64,000 nt of DNA from Podarcis liolepis. Lineage: Eukaryota. The translations under genes were made by a program, and so were the position numbers. The stretch lies in assembly GCA_965112155.1 (NCBI GenBank), contig OZ218099.1. One strand, 5' to 3'. This document shows positions 49,101 to 63,223 of this stretch, piece after piece (positions within the stretch are counted from its first letter, which is position 1; the number at the start of each line of letters is the position of its first letter). Below the pieces are notes generated by a model. It had not been told where the DNA came from and did no database searches. It saw nothing but the letters and a program-made list of their open reading frames with translations.

Positions 49101-52034
49101 CTCTGTTCTTACAACCTCAAGTGTGAATTAGAATTGCCACTTCACCCTTAAGGCACTTAAACCGTGCCTGGGTGTGCCTGAATATCTGCTTGCATGGCTG
49201 GTGAAATGTTGCTGTTTTAGCATCCTGTTGCCATGGCTATTGGGACCATTTATGGTTTGGCGTCAACTCTTAGAATGTGGCTGTTGATAATTAGTTAACA
49301 AATGGGTTGTTTAGTCCATAGCAGGTTTTTGTTTTCTCATCTTTCAATGCAAGTATTTGAACGCACTCTCAAGATCCTATAATCCAGGTGTAGCCAATGG
49401 AATGCACTCAATAAGTTGCTAGACACCAACCTCCACCCATTACAGCTATTCTAACAAAATCTGAAGGGTATATGTTGGCTGCCCCTGTGTATTCTCTATT
49501 GTAATGCAGTAAACAAAAAAAAAATACTCCACGGTAGTAAAGCTTCTGACAGCAATTGGCTGAGCAGCTATGACACCATGGAGTTTTAATTAGTGTTCTA
49601 ACTGCTGAGGTAATAAAAGCTGACTTATTGAAAGCAAGCCCAGTGCTCAGGCCAGGCAACAGCTTGAGACATGAAATTTCCAGAACAGAACATAGTATAC
49701 AGTATCTGTCTTCAGTTTGACTGGGAAAAGGTCCTCTGCAAGAGGCTGAGATAAGAAGAGCTGTTATGAGCCAAGGACCTAAGTGGTTTGGCTGCTACAG
49801 AGCGTGCTAAAAGGATGAGTCGCACATCCTTTCTAAGCTTCTGGTGCTTCATGTCCACAGTGGCAGTGGGTTTCTGGAATTCACACACCACCCCCCCACT
49901 GCTTTAGTCATTACACTGTAGGAGGAGCCTGTATAATCTTGTAATGGTCAGAGCCACTCTCAGTAGGAAGCTGAGGGGCCGTGAGCCGAGACAAAGGTTT
50001 ACTACAGGTTCAATCATAGACTGAAGCAAAGAGCTGGTGGAGTTGATAAAGTGGGACTTGGGGAAACCCCCTCACATGGTGATTTGTTAAAATAACAAGG
50101 TGGCCAGGAGAGGGGGTTTTGGAAGCTGAGAAGAACTATGGCCAGAGGTGTAGAGTTTCTTAGACCTTCAATCCCTTTATGTCCACTCTCAGGAATAAAT
50201 ATTTCACCAGGTGCAGTTTTTCTCCTGTTACACCATCACACGTGGTAAGGAAAAAGCTACCTTGATCTAAATCTTCCTTCAGCTGAACTGTTAAAAAGAA
50301 ATAGGGTCTGGTCCTAGAAAATGTAAGGGGACAACTGGGCCCAAAGCGGGGAAGCAGGGCTAAATGGATTGGACCAGGCATAGCCACGGCAGAGCAAAGG
50401 ACTGGGTCATGTTCCAGGGGCTCCCTCAAAAGGAACTGCCAGATTAGTATGGTGGGCAGCATCAGGCTTGCTTCCCTTTTCTCCATCTCTATGATAGCTA
50501 GTAACACTGAGTGGGCTTTTGAGTAGCAGCCACCAGGCAGGCAAGCAGTGGCTGTGGCTTGCACCTAGTCATCTCTCATCCCAATTGCCCACTCAGAGTG
50601 GAACGACAGCCTTAGGCCTCTGGTAGTTGGCAAATGCAACATTCTTGCTTTTAATCAAACAGTTATCAGAGTAAATACAATTAACACTAGCTGCTTTTGT
50701 GAGCTGTCTTGAAGGGAGTGTTTTGTTACTTAGCAGACCTTAAAGAAGTTGGTAATTTGTCATATAAGTATGCTATTCATTCTTACTAATGACCAAGCGT
50801 TCTATTGCTTAGATCAGGAATGGGGAACTTAGGGCCCTCCAGGTGTTCCTGGACTACAGCTTCATCAACACCAGCCAGCATGGCTCAATGATCAGGGAGG
50901 CTGGGAGTCATTGGACCTCAACAACTGAAAGGTACAAAGAAAAGGTTATGCTAGACAGTTGCAGGAATCTTACAGGTCAAACACTAGCACCCTAGGAGAA
51001 CACAGCACAAGGGGTAGGCAGTTTTACTGTTAGCTGGAGGCTGCCATATAATGGGACTGTCTCAAACAGATTTGAATTTTGCATACCTTCTCAGTAAAAT
51101 GTTTTAAGAAACACTGCACTGGGCAGCAGGCAGAATCACCCTATATGTTAATAGATAGCACTATAGAATTATCTCTTAGGGACGCAACAGATAAAAAACT
51201 GTTCTAGATTTACCATTCTGCATCAAGAGTACAGCTGTGTAAAACACACAGGAAGGTATTACATGGATGTTTCTATACTTTCTGGCCAATGTGCTTTAAT
51301 TTTTGGCCATGAGGGAACACAGAATACCACCAGAAGCAAATCCCATTAGACCGTACTTAATCTTACAAATTTACTCACAAACTGTAGCAAGAGTCTTAAA
51401 ATGTTATAGACTCTTGTTACATGGCCAGCTAGGCAGAACTGGAAGCTAGGGCTCTATAGAGGAGGAGAGGTAGCACATTCTAGTTTCTACCATGACTTTG
51501 GAACCCCTTAGCATCATGCTATGTTATTGCTGATAAAATTACCTAGACTGCAATGAAATGTACCTATGTGTAGATGGTTTCACAAGAGGAAGCTCTGCTG
51601 CACCCATATTAAGAATGGCTCCAAAGGCAGTAAGAGGGCATTGCACATTCCAGCAGTGCAAGAAGAATCACACCTCCTTCCAAACAGCTTGAAGACATGC
51701 ATGACTGAGAATTTATGAAGTCAAATCTCTGTAAGCAACTGAATACACAAGATCTGCTGAACAAGAACAGAAGGCCACCACCAGTACCAGTTTTTAAAAC
51801 AGACTGCAGTGCCTATTTGCACCCTGATCTAGCTGGCTCTGAGGACTGTTGGCCAGTGAAATTGAAATACCTGGGCCTCACGGCATCAGTCTCTTGACAC
51901 CCAGACCCATAATAATGCTTCCCCCAACCAAATAGCATCAACTTTATGGCACTGCTGATTCATGCATATTTCCTTGCACATTTCTTTTCTCCCTTCTATT
52001 TAAGGAATGAGGATGTGGGAATGATAAAGAGAAT

Positions 52035-52193
52035 CTAATCATCCATGGTAATGTTGCGGAAGAGGTAAGCCATGGATTCCCCATTGTGGATTCGGCGGAT
52101 GGCTTCAGAGAGGATCAAACTGATATCCACAGTCTTTATCTTGGGACACTGCAGTTTCTGCACTTCATGAGGAACTGTATTGGTGACCACCAC
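52035..52193 (-). CDS. PRPSAP1: PRPSAP1 last coding exon ([52 protein letters not shown])
   Basis: ctag acceptor, TAG stop at 52035-52037. Confidence 0.97.
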   Translation of the reverse strand: MVVTNTVPHEVQKLQCPKIKTVDISLILSEAIRRIHNGESMAYLFRNITMDD

Positions 52194-53210
52194 CTAGCAG
52201 TGCACAGGGAAGTAAAAAGATTAAATTTAGAAATGTGGCTGAAACATAATTCAAAGAATCTAACTTTTAAAAAATAAAATCAAACCAGAAGTTCCTTGAT
52301 GGGTCACCAAACACAAACAGTGTGCATTTGCATTTAAATTCCTTAATGGAAATAGAGGTTGCAGCCAAAGTTTTGAGACTGTGTAAGGTATTTGCATTTG
52401 ATGCCCCGCAATAGTTGGAGGTGTCATTAATATAATTATTGCAAGAACCACAAAGAAAACTATAAAGCTGCAAGAGAACGGGGAAACTGGTAATAAGGAG
52501 CACAGGAGAGGCAGCTGAAAGCAACACCTGGTGTCTCTGCTCCTCAGAAGCAGCTGCTGTTGCCTGAACTGCTTGAGATAAACAGATGGGCCAGAGAAAG
52601 GAGAGTTGTGAGTGAGCAAGCAAGCTGAAACACTAGTCCTAGTATGATGTGTCAAGTAATAAGCTCAGCAGCACCCACTCACTGAAAAAGCAACAATTCA
52701 CCTGGATCAAAGGGGGCTGGGGCGTTCAATGCCTGTCTGCCTAAATTTAAAACCTAGGATTTAAGACAAATCTAGCAGTACAGCTGCAGTTTTATTTAAA
52801 TAGTGCTAAAATCCTAGACACTTAGACCTACAATTTCCCATGATATCTGGTCATGGGGAAAGCATATTGAGTGGTATTCAACTAAGTTTTACTCAGAGTA
52901 GACCCCCTGAAATGAGTGGTTAAGTTAGGTCCATTAATTTCAGTAGGTGTAATCTGAGTACAACTCAGTGTTTTGCATAGATGGGCACTGTGTTAATGGC
53001 TCTTGACTGTAAACCTCCAGGCCAGAAGACAAAATGCACCACAAGTATTGCCGCTGTAGCAATCTGCTGCATTTTCCTGCTTGAAAAATGCAGCCACATT
53101 GTTGCAGCTTCAAGTTTCCACAATGCTTCATCCTTTTTTCTTAAGCAGTAAGACAAGGAGGCACTACAGCACAGCATTCCTCTTGGTGGGAAAAATGTTA
53201 TGGTCTGAAG

Positions 53211-53460
53211 CAGGGGTCAGCAACCTTTTTCAGCCATGGGCCGGTCCACTGTCCCTCAGACCATGTGGTGGGCCAGACTATATTTTGAAAAAAAATATGA
53301 ACGAATTCCTATGCCCCATAAATAACCCAGAGATGCAGTTTAAATAAAAGCACACATTCTACTCATGTCAAAACACGCTGATTCCCGGACCGTTCACGGG
53401 CTGGATTGAGAAAGCGATTGGGCCGCACCCGGACCACGGGCCTTAGGTTGCCTACCTCTG
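53211..53460. mobile_element. Non-autonomous hAT element in the PRPSAP1 last intron
   Basis: CAGGGGTCAGCAACC...GGTTGCCTACCTCTG; 8-bp TSD gtctgaag. Confidence 0.9.
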
Positions 53461-53930
53461 GTCTGAAGTATGAGATTTCTGAGCTATAGCAGTGGGAGAA
53501 TGGGAATCCCTGTTTGTAAGGTTCTTGTTTAAACCAGCCATTCTTTTTCTTGGAGTAATGAACCAGTAGCATTTGGTCTCAATCTCAGCAAAACTCTTTA
53601 ACTCAAGTTAGTTTACCATCTACTGAAAAAAATATGCTGCAGCAGGGCAGGAGGCTAGTCCTCAAGATGCTGTACTACAATTCCTGTCATTCCTGAAAAT
53701 GGATTATTCTGCATGGGGCTGATGGGAATCCTAGTCCAGCAACAGCTAGATTCATGCAGAAGCCAACTGATGCTGTGTGTTTATATATTCAGTATATGCA
53801 ACAGTCTTGTACTCCATATACAAATCTGTCAACTTATTGATCAATCTAAATCCATCATTTGCTATTTAAAACAACACTAATACACAAATAAGAAGGAATC
53901 TGGCCCATAGAGCAATATACCAAGACTTGC

Positions 53931-54077
53931 CTCATCAATTGATGACTCTTCAATTAGACGTGGAGCGTCAGCAGACAAAAGCCCATGAGTTGCCATGATG
54001 AAGATCTTGTAAGCACCACGCTCTTTCAGGATTTCTGCAGCTGCCACAAAGCTTTCCACATCATCAATGATGTCATC
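53931..54077 (-). CDS. PRPSAP1: PRPSAP1 exon ([49 protein letters not shown])
   Basis: cag acceptor, non-canonical gcaagt donor, 147 nt, phase 0-0. Confidence 0.95.
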
Positions 54078-55084
54078 CTGAGAAGCAAAACAACTCCCAG
54101 TTAAAATCTGGAAGTTATTAGCAAGCACAAACTGCTCCACTGTCCCACAAGCAGTATGTAACCACTTTGGCAAATCTGGAATAATTTGAAGATGCTTCAG
54201 TGTCTAACATAAAGTTACATATGAACTTTTGGTACATTGCCAATAAGTATTTCAGTAGCAGGTATTTATACCAGCATGGTATGAGTCTGCTTCCTGGGCA
54301 GGGCTAAGTTCCTATAATGAGCACATGACAGGCACAAATTTTCCGAAGATTTATGAAGGAGTGCTGTTTGGAAAATATACATGAAAATGCTTCTTTGGGC
54401 AAAGATATATTTGAAAATACAAAAATGGGTTTAGTTAGCTCTCTCTCAAGGAGAGGTACAGAATGCAAGCTGCCCATGCTCCTGGTTACAAACCCAAGAA
54501 GTGTCTTGTGGAAAGGCAGGCACTAGGAAGCTAGTCACACAGGCTACACAAAGTGCACTGGTTTGGCACAAGGCCCTGTCAATTTTGTTGACTGTTTGAG
54601 AAACCAGAATAGGGACCTTTGGGTAGGAGGCTTGTTCATATGGAGTTCTATGACACAGTGGCAACATGTACACTATACAAGCTTGGATAGGCCAGGATGT
54701 CTAGTTTTGCATCTTAAAACAATCATCCCTCCAAATGGAAAGGCTACTGTACCTAGACTTTTGTCCAGGAGGTTAGCAATGAACCCCAAAGCTTCACTCA
54801 GTGAGGTGTCACTGTCTATCAGAGTTGGATTTTCTTTCTAGATAGAAAACTAACAGGAATTTATACCACAGCCTCATAAGGCTATTTAATACTGGAGGAT
54901 AGCTTCCTTATTTAATTAGTAGAAAAAAAGTGAAACCAGACAATACAATGTGACTGCTTAGTTTTCCTGCATGGCTTCTAGCCCAGTCCTGAAATCCCAA
55001 CTGCATCCAAGCATAAATATTTGAGATGTAATAAAACCTAGAAAAAAATATCCCATTTGTCATCATGGCCTTTTAGTTCCTTAC

Positions 55085-55155
55085 CACAATGATGGCAATT
55101 CTACCTCCAACATCTCCAACTACTGTTATTGGTGGCTTCTCTTTGGCCATCATAA
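55085..55155 (-). CDS. PRPSAP1: PRPSAP1 exon (FMMAKEKPPITVVGDVGGRIAIIV)
   Basis: tag/gtaagg, 71 nt, phase 1-0. Confidence 0.96.
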
Positions 55156-55844
55156 CTAAGGAATAAAAAACCCAACATCAGAATCACAGCTTCATTGTAA
55201 TATGCATATTCATCTTTCATGCTTTGTATGAAAGAGACCTCATACTGGACATTTTGTTTCACTTAAATGAAAGACAGTTCAAATAGCAGCTGTTATTATT
55301 ACTGAACATAAACAAACCTTGTCACATTTAAGCAATTCTGAATGAACTATGTTGAGGCACAAAAATTATGTCTCACAGCACTGATTTCAGCCACCCTTTA
55401 AAAGGTCATCTTTAGATACTCCTCAAAGGGGAGGGGAGGAGGAGGGGTGGTTATGGTGGTGAAACCTACTGGTATTTAGGGTTTTACTTTTTGAAATATG
55501 GCAACCCTATTTGAGCACATGCTCAGCCCAGGTTTTCAGGACCAGTCCTTTCACACTCAAATCACAAATCACCCAGTTTTCATTTTAGAAAGTTAATGTG
55601 GGGAGAGAGATTTCTGGTGTTGCCATTAAACAACTGATTGCAGATTATTCCTGGGTGTGTGCATGACCTCTGATTTAAAAGCAACTTAATTTTGCTTGGT
55701 TCCTTATCTCCCTTTAGATAGCTACAACTTATTATGTGTGCAGAGTTTGTTTCCTCAGCAGAGAATTCAGATTGCTCTTACGTTGAAATGCCTTGCACAT
55801 CAAACCAAAGGAAAATAAAAGTAAAGAAAAATGCAACAACATAC

Positions 55845-55990
55845 AGGGTAGCTCCAGACCAGTGTGCAGAGTAGTATTTTTTACTGTTGGAGGAGAGTGG
55901 CGTCCATCATCCATGTCTTGCTCTGTGCACTGAGCCTCCCCGTGGATAACTGCTAGTCCTAGCCGTAGCCGCTCTGCATAAGACTGGGCC
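55845..55990 (-). CDS. PRPSAP1: PRPSAP1 exon ([48 protein letters not shown])
   Basis: tag/gtatgt, 146 nt, phase 2-1; includes the PAP-specific insertion; AQSY/GLAV/AQCTE favour PRPSAP1 over PRPSAP2. Confidence 0.95.
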
Positions 55991-57563
55991 CTACATAAAA
56001 GCAACAAGATATTAGTGGGGTGAAATACATTCACTTTTGAAAAGTCCTCTGCTTTAGCTCATTTCCATGTGCTTCATTTAAACAGGATTCAGCTTGGGAA
56101 AGGAGTTTGCTTTTTCAACTAACAGTAAGTAGTTAATGCTTAAGAATGTTGCTTTTCACTATTGTTTTTCAATTTCCTTTTAACAAAATAGACTCCATGC
56201 ACAATCACCTTCCGCCACTTTAATATGAAAAGCAGATGCTTTTTATTTTGGAAGTGTGTCAAACACTTCCAAAACAAGATGCTCCTTTCCTCTGTCTCAG
56301 TAATAATTTCAAATGTTGAAATGAAGATATAACCTAGGTCTGGATTAATCTAAATAGCTGTGCTGGCGGAAGCCAGGGCAACAAGTACCACTAACACAAC
56401 GGGGCTCCCCCCACCCCACACTCAGATCAGCCCTGGAAGGTTGGAAAATTCCTCCAGAACAGCTTGCAGGAGGAGAGGGGAGACCATTCCATCTGGAAAG
56501 CAGAAATCCTTGTGTTGATGGGAGTGATCTCCTTAGCATTACTTTACATTCCACTCAAAAGGGAAAAGAGGAAAGTGTCTCAAAGTGATCAGCTGTTCAA
56601 AGTATTCCAGAAATAGTGTCTCCAAAGGTTCAAAAATATTTGTATTGGTATTCACTGAAAGCTGATGTAATTGAACAAGGAGGATCAGTACACACACACT
56701 GTTTTTCTGCTGGCATGGATGGACTGATCCCAAGCCTTAAAAAAATAATAATCAAGAAAAACCCCTAAGCAGTTTACATATATTCTTGGTTTCCTTCAGA
56801 TGGTCTATGGGGCCACACCAGAATAGTCACATAAAGAGTAATACAGCTAAGTTATAGAACGGTAAACAGATATGGGAAGGGATGAAGACTGTGCATGCAC
56901 CAGATCCAAACAGGTTGAAGATGCTGCAATTGCATCAACTGTCACTCCATTTCGATTTTTATAGAGAGAGAATTACCACTTCAATTCAGGAAAACTAAGG
57001 GAGACATGTCAGTTGCTCTTGAGCTAGATACTGAATAAAGCTCTCCAAATATAGGTGGTGGTCCAGAAATGCATTGAGCTATGCATCTTTCAAACACTGT
57101 ATCTGCCACATTGATGCAGTTTTCCAGTGGCCATCTTATATTTAAAAATTGTCCTAGGTTCATTATATTAAGAAGATCTTTGCCCACACTATCCTTCCAC
57201 AGATGAACTTTTCACAGCTCAGAGGGGGATGAATTTATCATATATCTTTAAAATCTATTTTAGGGTTTCTCGCTGGTGTTTTAAGGTATGCAGTAGAAGA
57301 ATATGAAGAAGAGCATTTCAGCATTTCCCACAAGTTCTTGCTGCATCTCCTTGCTATACTTCTGATAAAAATAAACTGTTTCCTAGCAGAGCCTGTCACT
57401 TTCTCCAGCAAGAGAGAAAACAGAAACCAATCACCTTTTGATTTTCTTTTCCCAATTCCTCACATATCAACCATTTAATCTCTAGCGCTAAGGCATCCTT
57501 AAACATTGCCTGTACAAGCTGATTTTGTAGGGTTTATTCACATCAAAATTAAACTGTATTTAC

Positions 57564-57619
57564 CTCTTAGCAGCATCAGGACTCTTTGCTACAATTACTG
57601 CATTTCTGTAATCAGGAAT
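57564..57619 (-). CDS. PRPSAP1: PRPSAP1 exon (IPDYRNAVIVAKSPDAAKR)
   Basis: cag/gtaaat, 56 nt, phase 0-2. Confidence 0.95.
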
Positions 57620-58205
57620 CTGGAGCACATTGAAACCATGGTGAGACTTTAAAGCAGTTAAAACTCTGACACAAAATTAATTAGGTTTTTTTCATAAATA
57701 AAATTGCTCTTTTATTACATAGGGTGACAGCTGAGAGCAATGCTATCATCATTCTCAAAACACTGGGAGACATTCAACTAAAATTGGCTTTTAAATAGTT
57801 CTACACAGTTTTTACTTTCATTGCTGCAGGATGTTTAAGTAATTAGACCCCATCCATATATATATATATATTTGACTAGCCTTAGCTCTGGGCCACACTA
57901 AAACATGAAACATGAAACTTCATTAACAACCACCACAAGCAGGTAGAGGCAAAGTCAGAAGAAAATCTATGAAGAAAAATTCCGCCAGTATTAACCAAGC
58001 TATCAGCAAATGCTTCCCAACATGCCAAGCAGCTTGCACTTTTAGCAAGGAGGCTGTTAAGATACATTACTGGGATCCCCTTTAACAGCAAAGATTAGTT
58101 GCCTATAGCAAGCATAAGCAATATACAAGTCTAAAAAAGACCAGCACTAAACAGTGTTCTAATCAAGCTGAGATTATAACTATTGATGGATCAAAGTAAC
58201 TTCAC

Positions 58206-58321
58206 CTCTTCTTGTATATACTGAAGCAAGAAAGGGGAAGCCCTCAGGTTATCAACAGGAAAGCTGAAAAATCCCTGGATTTCTTTTTGATGAAGATCCA
58301 TAGTGATGATGTGTGTCAAGC
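58206..58321 (-). CDS. PRPSAP1: PRPSAP1 exon ([39 protein letters not shown])
   Basis: tag/gtgaag, 116 nt, phase 1-0. Confidence 0.97.
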
Positions 58322-59785
58322 CTATAACAAAGAAAGAACATACGTTACACCAGGGTGCTAACTGCCAGCCTAGGGGCCTGATGCACACCCAACCCACCCT
58401 CGCAAGACCTCACTAAATCTGACAGCAAGAGCTGATGGGGGAAAGAAAGTAAAGTGGACATGGTGCTGAGGTGGGTGAAATGGTGTAAGCTTCTTTCCTT
58501 CCCCACCCCACTGCCCAGTGGCCTAATGCAGATGAACGGATCAGCTGAGAAAAGGGAACATGTGCAAAGTCTGTGTGCAAGCGAGGTAACCAGCTCCCTT
58601 TCAGCCACTTCCACCCTGGGGTTTAGCAAAGGTTAAATGTGACCCTCAGGCAAAAAAAAAAAAAAGGTTAGTCCATTAAACTCACTTAAGAAATGCAGTA
58701 GGGTATCAGTCACATTGATGTACCCAGGTAACATGGGTTTGAAGCACTTCTGCTCAAAGAGGTAGTCTGCAGACCAGTGCTGGTTCACTAGTCATTGGCT
58801 GCCAGTCCATGGTGGCTCCATCACAGCCAAGGTTGGGCAGAATGCTTCAGGAACTAAATATGGCACCAGTCCCTGGCACATGGTGAGGAGGGCAGGGCTT
58901 GCCAGTCCACCACATCACATAGTTTGAGAAACACTGGTTTAAAGAATCTCATTCACAAATTTGACTCCTAACAGGTAACTGATCTCTTGGGTTTGGGTAT
59001 CCCATCATGATTATTGCTACACACATTTCTGCATTATAGGTGACAGGGACCATTGAACCTTAGATGGAGGTACCAGATGTTGACTCACAACGGACTTTGG
59101 CACTGAAACAGTAGTAACACGTAGAGCAAGAACAAGACTAAAAACCCCCAACTGCTTTATGCCAATGTTTTTGTGCAATATTTAGAACAGGGCTTTTTTT
59201 TTTTAAAAAAAAAAAAGAGCCAGACAGGGTTTCATCCAAGGTTCAGTAGGCCCCAGAAACAGTCCTTCTTGTGAACTTTGTTACTTTAGTGGTCACCTTT
59301 GCTGCTTCAGCCTTCGCAAACTTATGTCTCTCAAAAAGAGGCCTGGTCTCCTACCTACAGTGAGCAAAGCCAGGAATTTTAAGGATTCCATTTCTAGTTC
59401 ACCCTTCGTCTAAGAAAAAACATATATGTATGTTTTTTACCCTCTATTTTATCCTAACAAACACCCTGGGAGAAAGGTGTGGTGAAATTCAACCACTGTT
59501 TCAAGAGCAACAAAAGAGTTTCTTGTTCTATTATATAAAATCAAACTCTTAGTTTGAGGGTAGCTATTTCTAGTTTTTTTCTGAATAGAAATCACTGTTA
59601 GTATTACAAATGCCATCCCAAATATGTGGCTTGCTTTAGGATTATTTTTGGCTATTCTTTCTGCAAAAAAAGAAATGTATTCTTATAGCAGGAAAGTCTC
59701 TCTCTGCAAAAACAGCCACTCCCTTCTTCAGGGTCAGATCTGTTGTGGGAGGTAAAATCTTGCTGCTTCTGGTCAGCTCACTCAC

Positions 59786-59958
59786 CTGCTTTGGCCAACA
59801 TGGAAGCAAGGAGTTTGCAGACTATAGAGCCTCTCTTCCTCATCTTGCTTTGTTTGCTGTAGGGGAAGTAGGGAATTACCCCAATGATATTTTTGGCACA
59901 GGATGTCCTCAGTGCATAAGCCATGATTAACAGTTCCATCACCGCAGTGTTCACATCT
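59786..59958 (-). CDS. PRPSAP1: PRPSAP1 exon ([57 protein letters not shown])
   Basis: cag/gtgagt, 173 nt, phase 2-1; near-identical to PAP39. Confidence 0.97.
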
Positions 59959-60489
59959 CTGAAATTGTTCAAAAATATTAATCAGTAATCCATCTGCCAA
60001 TCAAATTCTAGAAACAGCTTCTTCTAAGAAGAAAGCAATGTCAGCCAAAATAATGTGACCAGATTTTTAAAAATCATTTATTTCATTTCTTAGGCCACAG
60101 CAAACAAATTAATTTTTAAACCTAACCTAAAAGTTTTCAAAGTAGTATTCACAGAATCTCTGGGGTTTTGCAGAAACTTGCCAGGGGTTTCTGAATGCAA
60201 ATATCAGAAATGGTGGAGACACTGCCCAGTAAACTGCTTGTGCACCATTACCAATCTTATTTCTTTATTCCATAAAATACAGCTTGAATTTTTTTTTCAA
60301 ACAACCTCAAAGCAGTTTACAAAAATGACATTATCCATAAAAACTCAGTTAAACACAACTATTTTAGCATTTAACCAAATGATTAAAATCAATGATAAAC
60401 TAAAAGCCAGATTAAAATTCATGTCACCTGCAGAGCTTGTAGCCAGGGCTGCTGCAACAAACAGCTGTGAAAGCCTTTGGGAGGCAAAG

Positions 60490-60624
60490 NNNNNNNNNNN
60501 NNNNNNNNNNNNNNNNNNNNNNNNNNNNNNNNNNNNNNNNNNNNNNNNNNNNNNNNNNNNNNNNNNNNNNNNNNNNNNNNNNNNNNNNNNNNNNNNNNNN
60601 NNNNNNNNNNNNNNNNNNNNNNNN
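60490..60624. other. Assembly gap (135 N) in a PRPSAP1 intron
   Basis: Run of N. Confidence 1.
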
Positions 60625-61661
60625 CGGCACCCCTGAGCATCATTCAAAGCAGACCAGGGTGCCAAGGCACACTAGTTGAAAACCACTGCACTAAAAGATC
60701 AATTCCTTCCAAATACAGGGTATTGTGGCATCTGTGGCAGTGTTAATGTTCACCATGTCAACATGTATCAAAAGTTCCTTTGCACCAGCTATAGCTTTTT
60801 GCTTTTTACATAGTGCCTGACAGACCCACTGATCACCAGTTTCAAAAAAGAATGTATGTGGGAGGGATGTTAGCAGTAGCCTTTTGCAACAGGGAGCTAA
60901 ACAGTGTTGGCAGAAGGTGAAAAGGCCTAAACATGCCCAATCACTTGCTGAAGGTATTAGGGGAACTCTGGACCGGGAAGCACTCTAGGAGCACACTCTC
61001 TGAAGCACAGTGAACATTCATGCTGCAACCCTTCTTTCATCTGCACTTGGCGTTCCACCAGATTTGGACCACAGTCTTTCCTGATCATCTGAGATGATAC
61101 CCTTAGGAGTCTTTTGGCTCTCAAAGACATGTGACTGATTAAGTCTGTGTTTTAGCCAGCTGCTCTCATTTCTTCCACTGTAAGCTTTCCCTCGGAAAAT
61201 TAAACCCCCATTTATCTTGACACATTTGCCAACGTTCTCCAAATTGGTTTGTTCTGCCTCCTATCTCCACCACACTGCACTGTTTATATACACAAAAAAG
61301 CTTTGTTCACCATCAAGGAAGTAGCCAAGAATTACATAAAACCACTCCATCCCCCAAGCAATTAAGACAAAAAGTTAACAGTGCACAATTTCCCCCTTCT
61401 GTGGCTTAAGGTGGCAGAGGCTAAGGAAGGACAGTCATTGTTTCCTAGGATTATGCATTTCACAAGCTGTCAACTTATGCTTATGATTTTAAACTAAGGT
61501 TCATAATGACCAAGTATGAACAACAACAGCCCCAATGCTTCAGGCACATGTACATGTTAAGGAAATAGGCCTAGGTTAAAACTGTTCAGAAGTCTCAAGG
61601 CAGGAAAAACAGGGAGTGGGAGAGAGAAAGAACACAAGGTCTTTCCAGCATCATAGATATA

Positions 61662-61839
61662 CAGTACTTACACAAATCTAATGCACCATTGAATCTAAAG
61701 CGCGCCTCGATTTTCAAAACTTTGAAATAAAACAGTATTTGCTGGCAAATGTAAAATTGCCATCAAATCTAATGAGCACCCTAATTTTTGTGATGTAATT
61801 TGGCCCCAAAAGGTGCCCATTACATTTGAGTAAATACGG
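61662..61839. mobile_element. Degenerate mariner/pogo-type MITE
   Basis: TA-CAGTACTTACACAAAT...ATTTGAGTAAATACGG-TA imperfect TIRs. Confidence 0.55.
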
Positions 61840-62914
61840 TACGTGGTAGGATACCAACTATGTTACTCCTATCTATTCTTACTCACCATTCACGTCTACT
61901 GCAGTGCTGGTTCAAGAGCCATCATCCCAGCCCCATAACGCGCCTCATCATCTGGGGCATTAAGCTCTTACCAGACAGAGAGGTTTGTGCGAACTAGAAC
62001 AGAATAGTTCTTTTTTTTATTCTTGAAGGCTATTTCTGCACCCCAAACTACTAACCTAGATATGTGCAGGCAAGCAAGCTACACCATATCTGGGAGGCAG
62101 GAAGAAGAAGAAAACTGCTTTTATAAATTGATTTGAAAGGGTGCCTTATACATATACATCAGAGATGTTGAGTCGCAGCTTTGCTGCGATTCAGACCTTC
62201 CCAACACCACAAACTTAAACAGCACCCATGAACTGCCCTTGCTGCTCCTTGGATATTATTACTGATTAAATTTCTATCCTGCCCTTTCTCCCAAAGTTGA
62301 CTAGGGCAGGTTGTCTGCATAGCAGATAAAGAGAGCGGCAGCTGATACACTCCACATGGGGAAAGGATAAAACCAAATCCCAGGCAAGATAGGATCATTT
62401 TTTGAAGCTACAGCACACAGCCAGATAGGCAGGGAACTCCTGGGCAGATACGCTGTAACTAAACAGCACTAAAGGCTATCAAGCAGACACATTACTGGCA
62501 AGAGGCATTTTATTATAGAGTTCTGCTATAAAGATTAATCTAGTTAAAGGAGCAAGAACCTTAAAAAAAAAAAAAAGAGGATCCCAAAATAGCAAGTAAA
62601 TGGAAGAGTAACTAATAGAGTCTTCAGGAGAGTTTTGCAGACTGAGGCATTGCATCGTATTTCATTTACTGTCACTTTTAAGTGCCACATTAAGGTGTCG
62701 GATTTAAAGTCCACACTGTTGGTGTAAAAGATTAACTAGCATTAATAACATCATAGGCTCTCTTGTTAATGATGGTGAATGGGTAGTAGGGATGGCAGAA
62801 GTATATTTACACATATAAATAGAAAGGAAAGACTCCAGAACAAATCCACTCAACCAGAGTTCCGACATATCCAAGGATGTGGGTTTATAAAATTCAGAAT
62901 TCAATCCACACATA

Positions 62915-62946
62915 ATAAATAATAACAATAACAACAACAACAATAA

Positions 62947-63003
<57 letters not shown>

Positions 63004-63112
63004 TTATTATTTATACCCCGCCCATCTGGCTGAGTTTCCCCAGCCACTCTGGGCAGTTCCCAATCGAGTGTTAAAAACAATACACAGCATTAAATATTAA
63101 AAACTTCCCTAA
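62915..63112 (-). mobile_element. L2 3'-end fragment with long (AAT)n tail
   Basis: Reverse complement of the 33870-34030 3' UTR (cccgcccatctggctgagtttccccagcca). Confidence 0.85.
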
Positions 63113-63156
63113 AGTACATGCGCGCGCGCACACACACACACCTCACAAACCCTTAC

Positions 63157-63223
63157 CTGGGTATTGTCTGAATAATGAACACATCCTGACCTCGAACAGA
63201 TTCTTTTATTTCAACCCTTGTCT
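63157..63223 (-). CDS. PRPSAP1: PRPSAP1 exon (ETRVEIKESVRGQDVFIIQTIPR); upstream exons are outside the window
   Basis: tttacag/gtaagg, 67 nt, phase 1-2; PAP39 sequence. Confidence 0.95.

Noticed and set aside
60178-60746. ORFs spanning the N run
   Set aside because: Artefacts of the assembly gap.
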